20,000 bases of DNA from an uncultured virus (IMG/VR IMGVR_UViG_3300009081_000011). Lineage: Duplodnaviria > Heunggongvirae > Uroviricota > Caudoviricetes. Position numbers and translations under genes: made by a program. Shown in pieces: positions 1 to 7,409 of the stretch. The first letter of the stretch is position 1; each line of letters begins with the position of its first letter. The stretch is from the IMG/VR virus record IMGVR_UViG_3300009081_000011; one strand, written 5' to 3'. The notes beneath the pieces are model-generated. The model saw nothing but the letters and a program-made list of their open reading frames with translations. It was not told the DNA's origin and searched no databases.

Positions 1-343
1 CACCATCTCTCCACTCGAGGGCTCCGGGTAGTTCGAAACCTTTGTACGTGAAGTCGACGATGACCTTCGCGGCGCCGGCCTCGCGGAGCATGCCGCCGGA
101 GATGCGCGGGCCGCAGAGCACCATGACGTCGCAGCGGCGGACCTGCTCGCAGTCGGAGCGAAGACCGAGCTCGCGGTTCTCGGGAGTCTCCTCGAGCTCG
201 CCAGTGCAGACGATCCATGAGCACTCGACGGAGAAGCCTTGCTTCCAAAGCCAGGCGGCCCACCTGGCGGCGTTGCGACGGTTCTGCTCGATGCCCTCGG
301 ATGTGTCGGCAGTGAGCGGATGTCCGAGGTAAACGGCGATCAT
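1..343 (-). CDS. Nucleoside 2-deoxyribosyltransferase (NDT)-fold protein, DUF4406/DUF1937-like; 3' end runs off the window
   Basis: Not in the ORF track; translated by hand from ATG at 343 (ATGA overlap with the upstream stop at 340-342): MIAVYLGHPLTADTSEGIEQNRRNAARWAAWLWKQGFSVECSWIV...DCEQVRRCDVMVLCGPRISGGMLREAGAA. It matches the VY-x2-P...N...CD...S-x-G-x3-E pattern of phage NDT-like proteins. Confidence 0.7.
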   Translation of the reverse strand, partial: MIAVYLGHPLTADTSEGIEQNRRNAARWAAWLWKQGFSVECSWIVCTGELEETPENRELGLRSDCEQVRRCDVMVLCGPRISGGMLREAGAAKVIVDFTYKGFELPGALEWRDG

Positions 344-687
344 ATAAGGGCTCCTTCCAATCGTCGAAGCTTCTCTCGAAGCTCTTCGTTCTCTCGTTGT
401 AGTTCACGTTCGCGCCACGAAAGCGAAGGGCGCTTGAAAGCGTCCGGATAGTGCTCGAAGCTCTTCTCCGGGTCTGTGTCGACGAGTTTGAAACCTGTGC
501 CGGTCAAAACGTCGTTCGTCTCGTTCACGATCGACCAACGCGCGAACCGCCATCCGCGATGTCCGACACGAGCACGCATGACGGCTTTCGCGTACTTCGC
601 CGCCGCTTCCTTGAGGTCGAAGGCTGCCGTCCAGAAGCCGTTGTAGAGATTATCGGACGCACGTGCGTCGCTCATACCGTCGCTCAC
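340..687 (-). CDS. Hypothetical phage protein with C-terminal coiled coil
   Basis: GTGA and ATGA overlaps with both neighbours; ends ERELQRENEELREKLRRLE; alternative ATG start at 675. Confidence 0.7.
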   Translation of the reverse strand: MSDGMSDARASDNLYNGFWTAAFDLKEAAAKYAKAVMRARVGHRGWRFARWSIVNETNDVLTGTGFKLVDTDPEKSFEHYPDAFKRPSLSWRERELQRENEELREKLRRLEGALI

Positions 688-992
688 GATCTGTCCCTTT
701 CATCAGTCACGCCGCAATGGACGCAGCACCGAACTCCGTCTTCGTCGGCCTCCCAAGAGTGGTGACAAACTTCTCCGACGAGAACGTGGTGCTCCGGGCA
801 CTTGGCTGTTTGCGTTAGTTCGTCGAAATGCCACCCAACAGCTCGTGTGGAATACCCCTCGACCGGATCAGGACCCGCAAAGAAATTGACATTGTAGAAA
901 CCGTTAAAGTGCCGTGCACTCGCGAAAGCCTCGTGCACTTGGCAGCACCCATCCGCGTCGCAACCGATAACAACTTTGAGCCGTACGGTCAT
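684..992 (-). CDS. Cys/His-rich hypothetical protein, probable Zn-binding
   Basis: Starts 1 nt after the upstream stop and is coupled to the downstream gene; CDADGC, CPEH, CHH and CVHC motifs. Confidence 0.7.
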   Translation of the reverse strand: MTVRLKVVIGCDADGCCQVHEAFASARHFNGFYNVNFFAGPDPVEGYSTRAVGWHFDELTQTAKCPEHHVLVGEVCHHSWEADEDGVRCCVHCGVTDERDRS

Positions 993-993
993 C

Positions 994-1404
994 TCACGCC
1001 TTCCCGGCCACCACGGCCCTGAGCTTGCCGTCCGATTCGACGGTCGCGTACCCGAGCTTCTTCAATGCGTTCATCTCTTTCACGAGTACCGGTTCGTCGT
1101 CGAGCGCCGCGACATAGCCGATCGCCGCGTCGGCCGCTTCGTGCCAGGCAATGCTCGGGTTTCGATCGTCGCACTGGCCGCGACGGTAGGCGGCCCAGAC
1201 GGCGCGTTGGATTTTTGCTGGGACGCGGAACCAATGTGCCCTACACATTAAAAGCTCTGGTTTGATTTTCATCGAGCAGCCGCGCGCATGGCACCGATGA
1301 GCGTCGGGGAGCTTGTGGCCGCCTTCGTGACCGGCGTCGAGGATGCAACGTTCGCCGTTCGGATGCACCTGCGGACACTGCTTGAGCTTTACGACTTTCC
1401 CCAT
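994..1404 (-). CDS. Phage hypothetical protein with two probable Zn-binding modules
   Basis: Abuts the upstream stop (TAA-ATG); C..C-x4-GH-x-GGH module followed by CHARGC...MCRAHW..VP..IQRAVW..YRRGQ, a pattern I recognise from uncharacterised phage proteins. Confidence 0.75.
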   Translation of the reverse strand: MGKVVKLKQCPQVHPNGERCILDAGHEGGHKLPDAHRCHARGCSMKIKPELLMCRAHWFRVPAKIQRAVWAAYRRGQCDDRNPSIAWHEAADAAIGYVAALDDEPVLVKEMNALKKLGYATVESDGKLRAVVAGKA

Positions 1405-2007
1405 TTACGACCCTACCGCCACGCCTTCCTTTTGAAAAAAACGAACACCCGGCACCTGGATCTGTCCCTTGGTCGCCACACAGACTTTCCGAAGCGCCGC
1501 CGTGTCGATGAGCAAGTACTCCCGAGGCACGAGATTCGGATCCGTGATCTCAACCTCCCACGTTTTTCGAAACGTAATCGCCGTCGGCGTCGGAGGAACG
1601 GCGAGCGCCGTAAGCTGCGCCATGGCCGATGGCGTCGGAGCCTGCCCGGCCGCGACGATAGCCGCGTGCTTCTCTTGACGAAGCGTCTCCTGATACCCGG
1701 CGACACGCTCTTTCAAAACACTCTCGATCATCTGATACGTCTCGATCGGAGCTCGGAACCACTCCCGCGCCGCGCGCTCGGCTTCGCGAAGCGGAACGAG
1801 CACAGTTTCGCGTTGCGCGATCAAGTTCTTCACGCGAGCCTTGACCTCGATGAGAGCCTCGCAAATCCCCGGGTACGTCACGGAAGTGCATGGAAGATCT
1901 TGAAGCGACGTAGAGAGCTCCGCGAGCGCTTCCGTGCTTTCCAAATCGTTCGGACGCCGGAGCCAAACACTGTCCGCCACCGCGACGGGTTCAATGACGG
2001 TCGTCAT
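1405..2007 (-). CDS. Phage coiled-coil protein, Gp157/Gam-like C-terminus
   Basis: ATGA overlap; long helical N-terminal half; C-terminal WEVEITDPNLVPREYL...VPGVRF motif common in phage recombination regions. The function assignment is tentative. Confidence 0.65.
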   Translation of the reverse strand: MTTVIEPVAVADSVWLRRPNDLESTEALAELSTSLQDLPCTSVTYPGICEALIEVKARVKNLIAQRETVLVPLREAERAAREWFRAPIETYQMIESVLKERVAGYQETLRQEKHAAIVAAGQAPTPSAMAQLTALAVPPTPTAITFRKTWEVEITDPNLVPREYLLIDTAALRKVCVATKGQIQVPGVRFFQKEGVAVGS

Positions 2008-2243
2008 GTTTCCACAATTTCCGTGAGCGGAACCTTGCCGTCGGTCAAATCCGCGAGCGCCTTGCCCTTCGCGTAGCTCACGAGCTTCTGACCCTTGAGC
2101 GTATTCAAGAGCGTCGACATGCCGATCTTGCCATCCGCCCGATCTGCGAGCTCCTTAGCGTACGCTGTCTTCGTCATGCCTTGAGGAAGAGTGCTTTCGA
2201 ACCACTCCTTGAATGACATGACCTTCCGTTTCTTGGTTGCCAC
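2004..2243 (-). CDS. Small Cro-like helix-turn-helix protein (79 aa)
   Basis: GTG at 2243 preceded by GGTGGAG SD and lying just after the resolvase stop; helix pattern TKTAYAKELA...IGMSTLLNTLKG...KALADLTDGKVPLTEI. The ORF-track start (2453) overlaps the resolvase and is unlikely. Confidence 0.65.
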   Translation of the reverse strand: MATKKRKVMSFKEWFESTLPQGMTKTAYAKELADRADGKIGMSTLLNTLKGQKLVSYAKGKALADLTDGKVPLTEIVET

Positions 2244-2247
2244 TTTT

Positions 2248-2706
2248 CTATCTCCACCTTTTTTGGAACCACGTCCCGAGCCCGATCGCGTCATGCATGT
2301 TGTGCGCACGAGACTTTGAAAATTTCTCGATATTGTCGAGCTCGAAAGACGTGAGCGTTTCACGCACCCGACGCCAACACACGTCCTTAGGAAGTTGCCC
2401 TTTCCATTCACGTGGCTTGACAAGCTTGACGCGAAAACCACAAGCCGTTGCACGATCGGCGTATCGACCGACCATGACGGCCAACTTGATCAAGTCGTTC
2501 TGATCGCCCTTCTGTTGCTGCCCTAGATAGGCCTGCGGGATCTCGATGATGCAATCACCAGCCGGTTTCCCTTGTCTGACAGGCGCCGCATTCTCAATGA
2601 GCAAGAGACATTCCTCTTCGGTGCAAACCGTAGCGTGAGTTAGTACCGGAGCGCTGAACTCTGCGAATCCCGTTACCTTGCCCGGATCAATTGCTATGAG
2701 GGCCAC
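2248..2706 (-). CDS. RuvC-like (RNase H fold) Holliday junction resolvase
   Basis: LIAIDPG-x2-TG, IIE, P-x-EWKG and HDAIGLG motifs; probable GTG start at 2706 overlapping the polymerase 3' end. Confidence 0.85.
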   Translation of the reverse strand: MALIAIDPGKVTGFAEFSAPVLTHATVCTEEECLLLIENAAPVRQGKPAGDCIIEIPQAYLGQQQKGDQNDLIKLAVMVGRYADRATACGFRVKLVKPREWKGQLPKDVCWRRVRETLTSFELDNIEKFSKSRAHNMHDAIGLGTWFQKRWR

Positions 2707-4556
2707 GGCACGAGCCTCCCATCCTTGTAAAGAGCCTTCGCTTCCTTGCTCCAATATCGGCACAAGAGCGGCTCAACCTTCGGCGTCACATCCGGAATCG
2801 CCCGCTTCGCAGCAGCGACCATGATATCGGCGACGGCCATCGCGCGATCGTGCGCCAGTTCGTCGTCACGCACCTCGACCAAGTATTGGTCATGAATGAA
2901 GTTCACGGGCCTCGAGCCGAAGAGCACGTGGTCCTTTTGGTAGTAGCAAGCCCGAGCAAGATCGTAGCCGGCCCAGGTCGCCGCCGTCGCCCCTAAGCTC
3001 TGGAACGGATCGTTACACGCGACCGTGTACCGCATGCCCGAGCGCCACGAGCCCGTCACGAAACGTTGAAGAGAAATCGTGCCGTTCTGTTGTTCCTTGC
3101 TCGCAATCCAATTGAAGTACGGCCCTGCTTCCGGCCACTGCGTGAGCCAGAATTGCTTCAGCTCTTTGGCTTTTTCTTCTGTAATCGTCACCTTGTACGA
3201 GCTCGCGGCGTAGGCAACGAAGCTCTCAGCGCCGAGGCCTCCCGGGAACCCGAAGTTTCCGACCTTCGCGACTAGTCGTTTCGCGTCGACTTCCTTGTCA
3301 CCTTCTTTTCGTCGTGCTTTCGCTTCCGCGTAAGTGGTGTTCAAAATCTGCGCTGCGAAAGCGAGATGCGGATCGTTTTCGTGTTCGGAATTCAAAACCT
3401 CAGCCATCCGCGAACGTCCGAGTGCCCAGAGGCATGTCTGCGCCCATGTACAGAGCTCAAGCATCGCGTAGTCCGCATCGACGAAAATGTATCCTAGACG
3501 CGGTCTGAAACACTCACGCATCCCGACGAGGCGTTTGATGTTCTGAATGTTCGGCGCGCTCGACGATGTACGACCGGTCTCTTGAAGCGGCTCGAAGCGC
3601 GTCTGGATCGGCGTCTTGACACCTTTCAAAAGGATCGGGATGTCCGTCGACACGACTTTCGCCAAACTCGAGAAGTTCGCGTACGCACAGAGCACCGGAT
3701 CTCCGGTCTTCTTACACGTCGCGTCGTCTAGCGCGACGTCGTCGCCGTCTGTCTTCATGAGCTCGAGGCCCTTCTCTTGGCAAATCTGAACCATGCGCGC
3801 CTTCGCGACCTTGGTGTCTCGTGTGCCGCTCTGACGGACAAGTCCGTGACTCACGAGAAGCCCCTTGATTTCCTCGATGCTCTTTTCCGTGGTCTCGACG
3901 AACGCCCGGACGGCTTCCGGATCCGTCTTGATCCCGTAGCAAGACATGAGATGGAGCATCCACGCCGTGCGGCACCGTGCGGGCTCGTCGAAAAGTAACG
4001 CTGCGTCCGACTCTTGCGCTTGGTAGACGGCCATTGTCGCCGCCGCGTCGTCTTCGGCATACTGGCGCGCTTCTTTGGGCCAGTCGTACAGAGGAACCTC
4101 GTAGAGCTCGGAGTACCGAAGACGCCAAGTCTCCGCGCCCTTGTCGAGCTCGTGACCGAGGTGCCGCTTCGTAAGATCGGCCAGGCTATAGCCGATCTTG
4201 AACACCTTGCCGTCTTCGCCTCGACGAAACCCGCCGTAACAACCCATCGCGATGTCGATCATCTTCTGGCGCATGATCACGTCGCGCACGAGCCCTTTAT
4301 CGTAGAGCGTCCAGATCCGTTCACTGAGCCTCGGATCGTGCACGAGCATCACGGCCATGTCGTAGGCGGTGTTCGCGCCGATCACCGGCGTATTGTTCCA
4401 GATGGCTAAATCCGCCATCGCACGGAACGTCGGAGAGCCGTCGAGCGCGTGAAAAACCCGGGCGCTGCAATCGGGCTGCGCGTACGAAACACAAACCAAA
4501 TCCGGGGCAAGGTTGCCCTCTGTAATGAGGAAGGTCTCGCAATCGAACGCTTGCAT
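2694..4556 (-). CDS. polA: Phage family A DNA polymerase with 3'-5' exonuclease domain, no 5'-3' exonuclease (620 aa)
   Basis: ExoI FDCET, ExoII N-x2-YD, ExoIII YAEDD; TGRTSS-x2-PNIQN; motif A DYAMLEL; motif B R-x2-AK-x2-NFG; motif C IHDQ. Confidence 0.95.
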   Translation of the reverse strand: MQAFDCETFLITEGNLAPDLVCVSYAQPDCSARVFHALDGSPTFRAMADLAIWNNTPVIGANTAYDMAVMLVHDPRLSERIWTLYDKGLVRDVIMRQKMIDIAMGCYGGFRRGEDGKVFKIGYSLADLTKRHLGHELDKGAETWRLRYSELYEVPLYDWPKEARQYAEDDAAATMAVYQAQESDAALLFDEPARCRTAWMLHLMSCYGIKTDPEAVRAFVETTEKSIEEIKGLLVSHGLVRQSGTRDTKVAKARMVQICQEKGLELMKTDGDDVALDDATCKKTGDPVLCAYANFSSLAKVVSTDIPILLKGVKTPIQTRFEPLQETGRTSSSAPNIQNIKRLVGMRECFRPRLGYIFVDADYAMLELCTWAQTCLWALGRSRMAEVLNSEHENDPHLAFAAQILNTTYAEAKARRKEGDKEVDAKRLVAKVGNFGFPGGLGAESFVAYAASSYKVTITEEKAKELKQFWLTQWPEAGPYFNWIASKEQQNGTISLQRFVTGSWRSGMRYTVACNDPFQSLGATAATWAGYDLARACYYQKDHVLFGSRPVNFIHDQYLVEVRDDELAHDRAMAVADIMVAAAKRAIPDVTPKVEPLLCRYWSKEAKALYKDGRLVPWPS

Positions 4557-4564
4557 TGAATCTC

Positions 4565-4595
4565 GCCCCGCTCCGGCCGCGCACCGGAGCGGGGC
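4565..4595. promoter_or_regulatory. Perfect 12-bp GC-rich stem-loop between the SSB-like gene and polA
   Basis: gccccgctccgg (4565-4576), 7-nt loop, ccggagcggggc (4584-4595); T-rich tail only on the + (antisense) strand. Confidence 0.7.
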
Positions 4596-4604
4596 TTTCC
4601 TTCT

Positions 4605-5339
4605 TCAGTTCGCCCTAGGAGGCCAACCAGGGGCCGGCACGCCCACACCAGCCTGAGGCATGGCAGGTTGTCCGTAGGCGGCCTGAGGCGCCGCCTGTGG
4701 GGCTGGCTGTTGCTGTGGCCACGCCGGAGCAGGCGCGGCCTGCGGCAACGCCGCCGGAGCGAACCCCGGTGGCGCATACGCGGGCGGATACCCCTGAGCC
4801 GCGGGTTGCGCCGCTGACCTCTGAGGCATCTGCGCTACTGCTGGCGTCGGAGCGGGCTGCCAACCCGGCGGAGGTGTCCACGGCGCCCACGTGTGAAGCG
4901 TGAACTCCGTACCTCGCTGAGTCAGCTTGATCCGACACTCGACCGAAACGGTCTCGCGTCCGCCGAGCACGGCCGTGCCCTGCGTCTCGAGCGCCGTCAT
5001 GAGCCCCGCGAGTTGCGGCCTCAGTTGTTGATCGATCTGTGCAACGTGATCCTTGTTCGTGATGTCGAATCCGAGAAGCGCCGCCATCATCTCGAGGATG
5101 TTGGAAAACGCTTGCTGCTGTTGCTGCATCTTGACGAAGTACGTCCCTTTGCTCCCGATCTGGTGCGCAGGGTTGTCACTCTCCAAGACCTCGAACTCGG
5201 CGATGAACGCCGTTCCGGACTTTTGCGTCTGCTTGCTCAGACACCGGAGCAAGCGGAGCTTGTACCTTCCTGGGTTGAAGTAGTTTCCACGTTCGAAAAT
5301 CGGTGCTTGTCCAATTGCGGACCAATCGATAGGGGGCAT
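4605..5339 (-). CDS. Putative ssDNA-binding protein (DUF669-like OB fold) with Pro/Ala/Gln-rich tail
   Basis: GAAGGA SD; PGRY-x-L...EFEVLE beta pattern; position between helicase and polymerase; about 94-aa low-complexity tail. Confidence 0.65.
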   Translation of the reverse strand: MPPIDWSAIGQAPIFERGNYFNPGRYKLRLLRCLSKQTQKSGTAFIAEFEVLESDNPAHQIGSKGTYFVKMQQQQQAFSNILEMMAALLGFDITNKDHVAQIDQQLRPQLAGLMTALETQGTAVLGGRETVSVECRIKLTQRGTEFTLHTWAPWTPPPGWQPAPTPAVAQMPQRSAAQPAAQGYPPAYAPPGFAPAALPQAAPAPAWPQQQPAPQAAPQAAYGQPAMPQAGVGVPAPGWPPRAN

Positions 5340-5372
5340 TTAATATCCTTCTTCAGAGACGGGAAAAATTCC

Positions 5373-5441
5373 CGCGAGCTACACACGACACGTCTGGTGT
5401 CCCGGGGGGAGGGATGCCGTCCCGTTCGTGTGTAGCTCGCG
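5373..5441. repeat. Perfect 16-bp inverted repeat enclosing smaller hairpins; candidate structured RNA leader
   Basis: cgcgagctacacacga (5373-5388) and tcgtgtgtagctcgcg (5426-5441). Confidence 0.8.
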
Positions 5442-5448
5442 AGCGTCT

Positions 5449-7251
5449 TTACCAACCGTCATCTTTGTACTCCTTGTTCCAAACCGAACTCCTCAAATGA
5501 AACGTGTGCGGCACGACGATATCCGCGAGCAAAAGTTTCTGGTGATCTCCGGTGATGTCCTCCTGGTAGCGCGCATCGCTCTGCATGATGTGCATCGCCT
5601 CGACGTGCTCGGCGCACGAGACTACGATGTCGCAAATCACTTCATCGGCTTCTTGCCCGTCACGATGCGTACGCGCAAGAAGCTGCTGCATTCGGTCGCC
5701 TTGTTGCGGTACCGAACTCACGAGATTCCTCGAAAACCGTTGAAGGTTTCGGCCCTCCCGATTCGCCTCGATCGAAAGAATCGCCGTCGTACCGTCGTAG
5801 GTCTCGATCGAATTTCCGTGCGCGTCGAGACCCTCACCGGCGAAATACGGAATGCCTGTCATGGATGAGAGCCGGTTCGCAAAATCAACGTGCTCGCACC
5901 AGATGAGTCCGCCATGCTTGGACCACTCTTGGCAATACTCCAGAACCGAGTCGTCGAACGACACCGCGACGGTCTTCGGTTTGAACGTGTCACGAATCGC
6001 AACCCACGCCTTGTACTCTTGGTCACCGTACCATTCAGGATGATCCTTGCACGCGAGCGCGACCTGCATCTCGGAATCTAACCGGCGCTGATTACTTCCA
6101 AGAACTTTCCGACAAAACGCCGACCAGGCTTTCCGTGCCTCGAGCCATTCGTCGGGTGGTCTAACTTCCCATCGATAATAAAATCCTAAAGCGAGCTCGC
6201 GTGCGTGTCGCCAAATCGCAAACCCGTCAGAGAGCGGCCAACCGTCGGGCGTTTCCCATTTCGAACGAAGTCGGTCGAACGCTTCCTCCGTCACTTCCAA
6301 CGTCTCGACGATATGCCCTTGTACCCGAAGACTCACATCACAACCCGGACCGGAAGCCGTCACGACACCGGGCGTGCCATTGATCCGTCGACGAACGGCC
6401 TTGCGCGCCCGCTCTGTCGCGCCACCGGTGTCTTCTTCGGTAGCGAGCTTCAAAATCGCCCCTGGGTAAAGCGGCGGCACGACCGAATTCGGTCGCTCGT
6501 CGAGCGCAAGTGCCCACGCCTCGAGCTCGTTGTAGTGTCGCGGGAGCGGCGTCCGAAGCTTCAAAGACCAGAGTAATAGGTGCGAAAAGTCGTGAAGCGA
6601 ACGCTTTGAGATCGTACCAGTCAAGATGACCATGCGCGTCTCCGGATGGTCGTGCATGTACCGAGCGACGCGCTTCGTGACGGCCGCGCGCTTGTTCTTG
6701 AGCTTGTGTGCTTCGTCGCAAATGATGAGATCGGGGTTCGCCTTCTCGAGCGTCTGTGCGCCGGAAACGCGGCCAAGAGCTTGGTAGCTCACGATGTGAA
6801 GGAACGGCGGGAGTTTCCAGTGCTGAGCAAGCTTCTGGGCTTCGGTGCGTGTCTTTTCGATCAAGGCAGCGGGGACGATGAGCATCGGCCGCTGGGCTTC
6901 GAAAACGAGCGGCGCGAGCAAGGAGATAAGGGTCTTCCCGCCGGAGACTCGAATCGGTCCGAAAAGGCCCCCGTAGTCGTGCGCTTCGTAGAGAGCTTGG
7001 GCCTGCACCGGACGAAGCTGCATCGTCCCGCCTGGTGTGCGGAGATAGTTCGTGAGCAAATCGATCCGCTCGGCTTCCTCGTCAGGCGTAAGCGGTACAC
7101 GCCATGGGATCATGATGATGCGATCGAGCTCGGGCGTATGGCGGACCCCTTCGGCCTCTCGGATCTTGCCAAGAGCAGTACCTCGTCGCGCACCGTTCGT
7201 CGCTTCGGCAACGGCGGCCAGGATGTTGGACAGATCGATCGGGTCTGGCAT
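5449..7251 (-). CDS. SF2 SNF2-like DEAH helicase (600 aa)
   Basis: Q motif LRPVQ, Walker A GGKT, Ia IVPA, DEAH, III LTGT, V EGRNLQ, VI QLLARTHRDGQ; ATG at 7251 in a TAATG overlap (ORF track starts at 7308). Confidence 0.9.
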   Translation of the reverse strand: MPDPIDLSNILAAVAEATNGARRGTALGKIREAEGVRHTPELDRIIMIPWRVPLTPDEEAERIDLLTNYLRTPGGTMQLRPVQAQALYEAHDYGGLFGPIRVSGGKTLISLLAPLVFEAQRPMLIVPAALIEKTRTEAQKLAQHWKLPPFLHIVSYQALGRVSGAQTLEKANPDLIICDEAHKLKNKRAAVTKRVARYMHDHPETRMVILTGTISKRSLHDFSHLLLWSLKLRTPLPRHYNELEAWALALDERPNSVVPPLYPGAILKLATEEDTGGATERARKAVRRRINGTPGVVTASGPGCDVSLRVQGHIVETLEVTEEAFDRLRSKWETPDGWPLSDGFAIWRHARELALGFYYRWEVRPPDEWLEARKAWSAFCRKVLGSNQRRLDSEMQVALACKDHPEWYGDQEYKAWVAIRDTFKPKTVAVSFDDSVLEYCQEWSKHGGLIWCEHVDFANRLSSMTGIPYFAGEGLDAHGNSIETYDGTTAILSIEANREGRNLQRFSRNLVSSVPQQGDRMQQLLARTHRDGQEADEVICDIVVSCAEHVEAMHIMQSDARYQEDITGDHQKLLLADIVVPHTFHLRSSVWNKEYKDDGW

Positions 7252-7409
7252 TATTGCAATACTCGATGCACCAACGGCCGGGGGTACTCCAAACGTGCGC
7301 GATAGCACTCACGCGCGAATCCGAAATCGCCTTTAGTAACTGCTTGCACGAAAAACTGAAAATCTATCAGAGCCGTGTCACGTTCAAAGCGAAGTTCAGC
7401 TTGCGACAT
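7251..7409 (-). CDS. Small hypothetical protein (52 aa)
   Basis: MSQAELRFERDTALIDFQFFVQAVTKGDFGFARECYRARLEYPRPLVHRVLQ; TGATG overlap with the nuclease stop and TAATG overlap with the helicase start. Confidence 0.7.
   Translation of the reverse strand: MSQAELRFERDTALIDFQFFVQAVTKGDFGFARECYRARLEYPRPLVHRVLQ

Noticed and set aside
1288..2076. 262-aa plus-strand ORF and other long antisense ORFs (6646-7305, 8072-8836, 9787-10482)
   Set aside because: Shadow frames of well-supported genes in GC-rich DNA, Arg-rich and without motifs.
2694..4556. DpoZ / 2-aminoadenine (Z-genome) system
   Set aside because: No purZ or datZ in the window and no diagnostic feature I can verify; the MazG-like protein looks catalytically degenerate.
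5112..5126. Poly-Gln (QQQQQ) as a contingency repeat
   Set aside because: Only five mixed CAG/CAA codons, in frame.
5340..5448. tRNA or a known ribozyme
   Set aside because: No TTC T-loop, D-loop or cloverleaf spacing, and no hammerhead CUGAnGA/GAAA core recognised; kept only as an unnamed structure.
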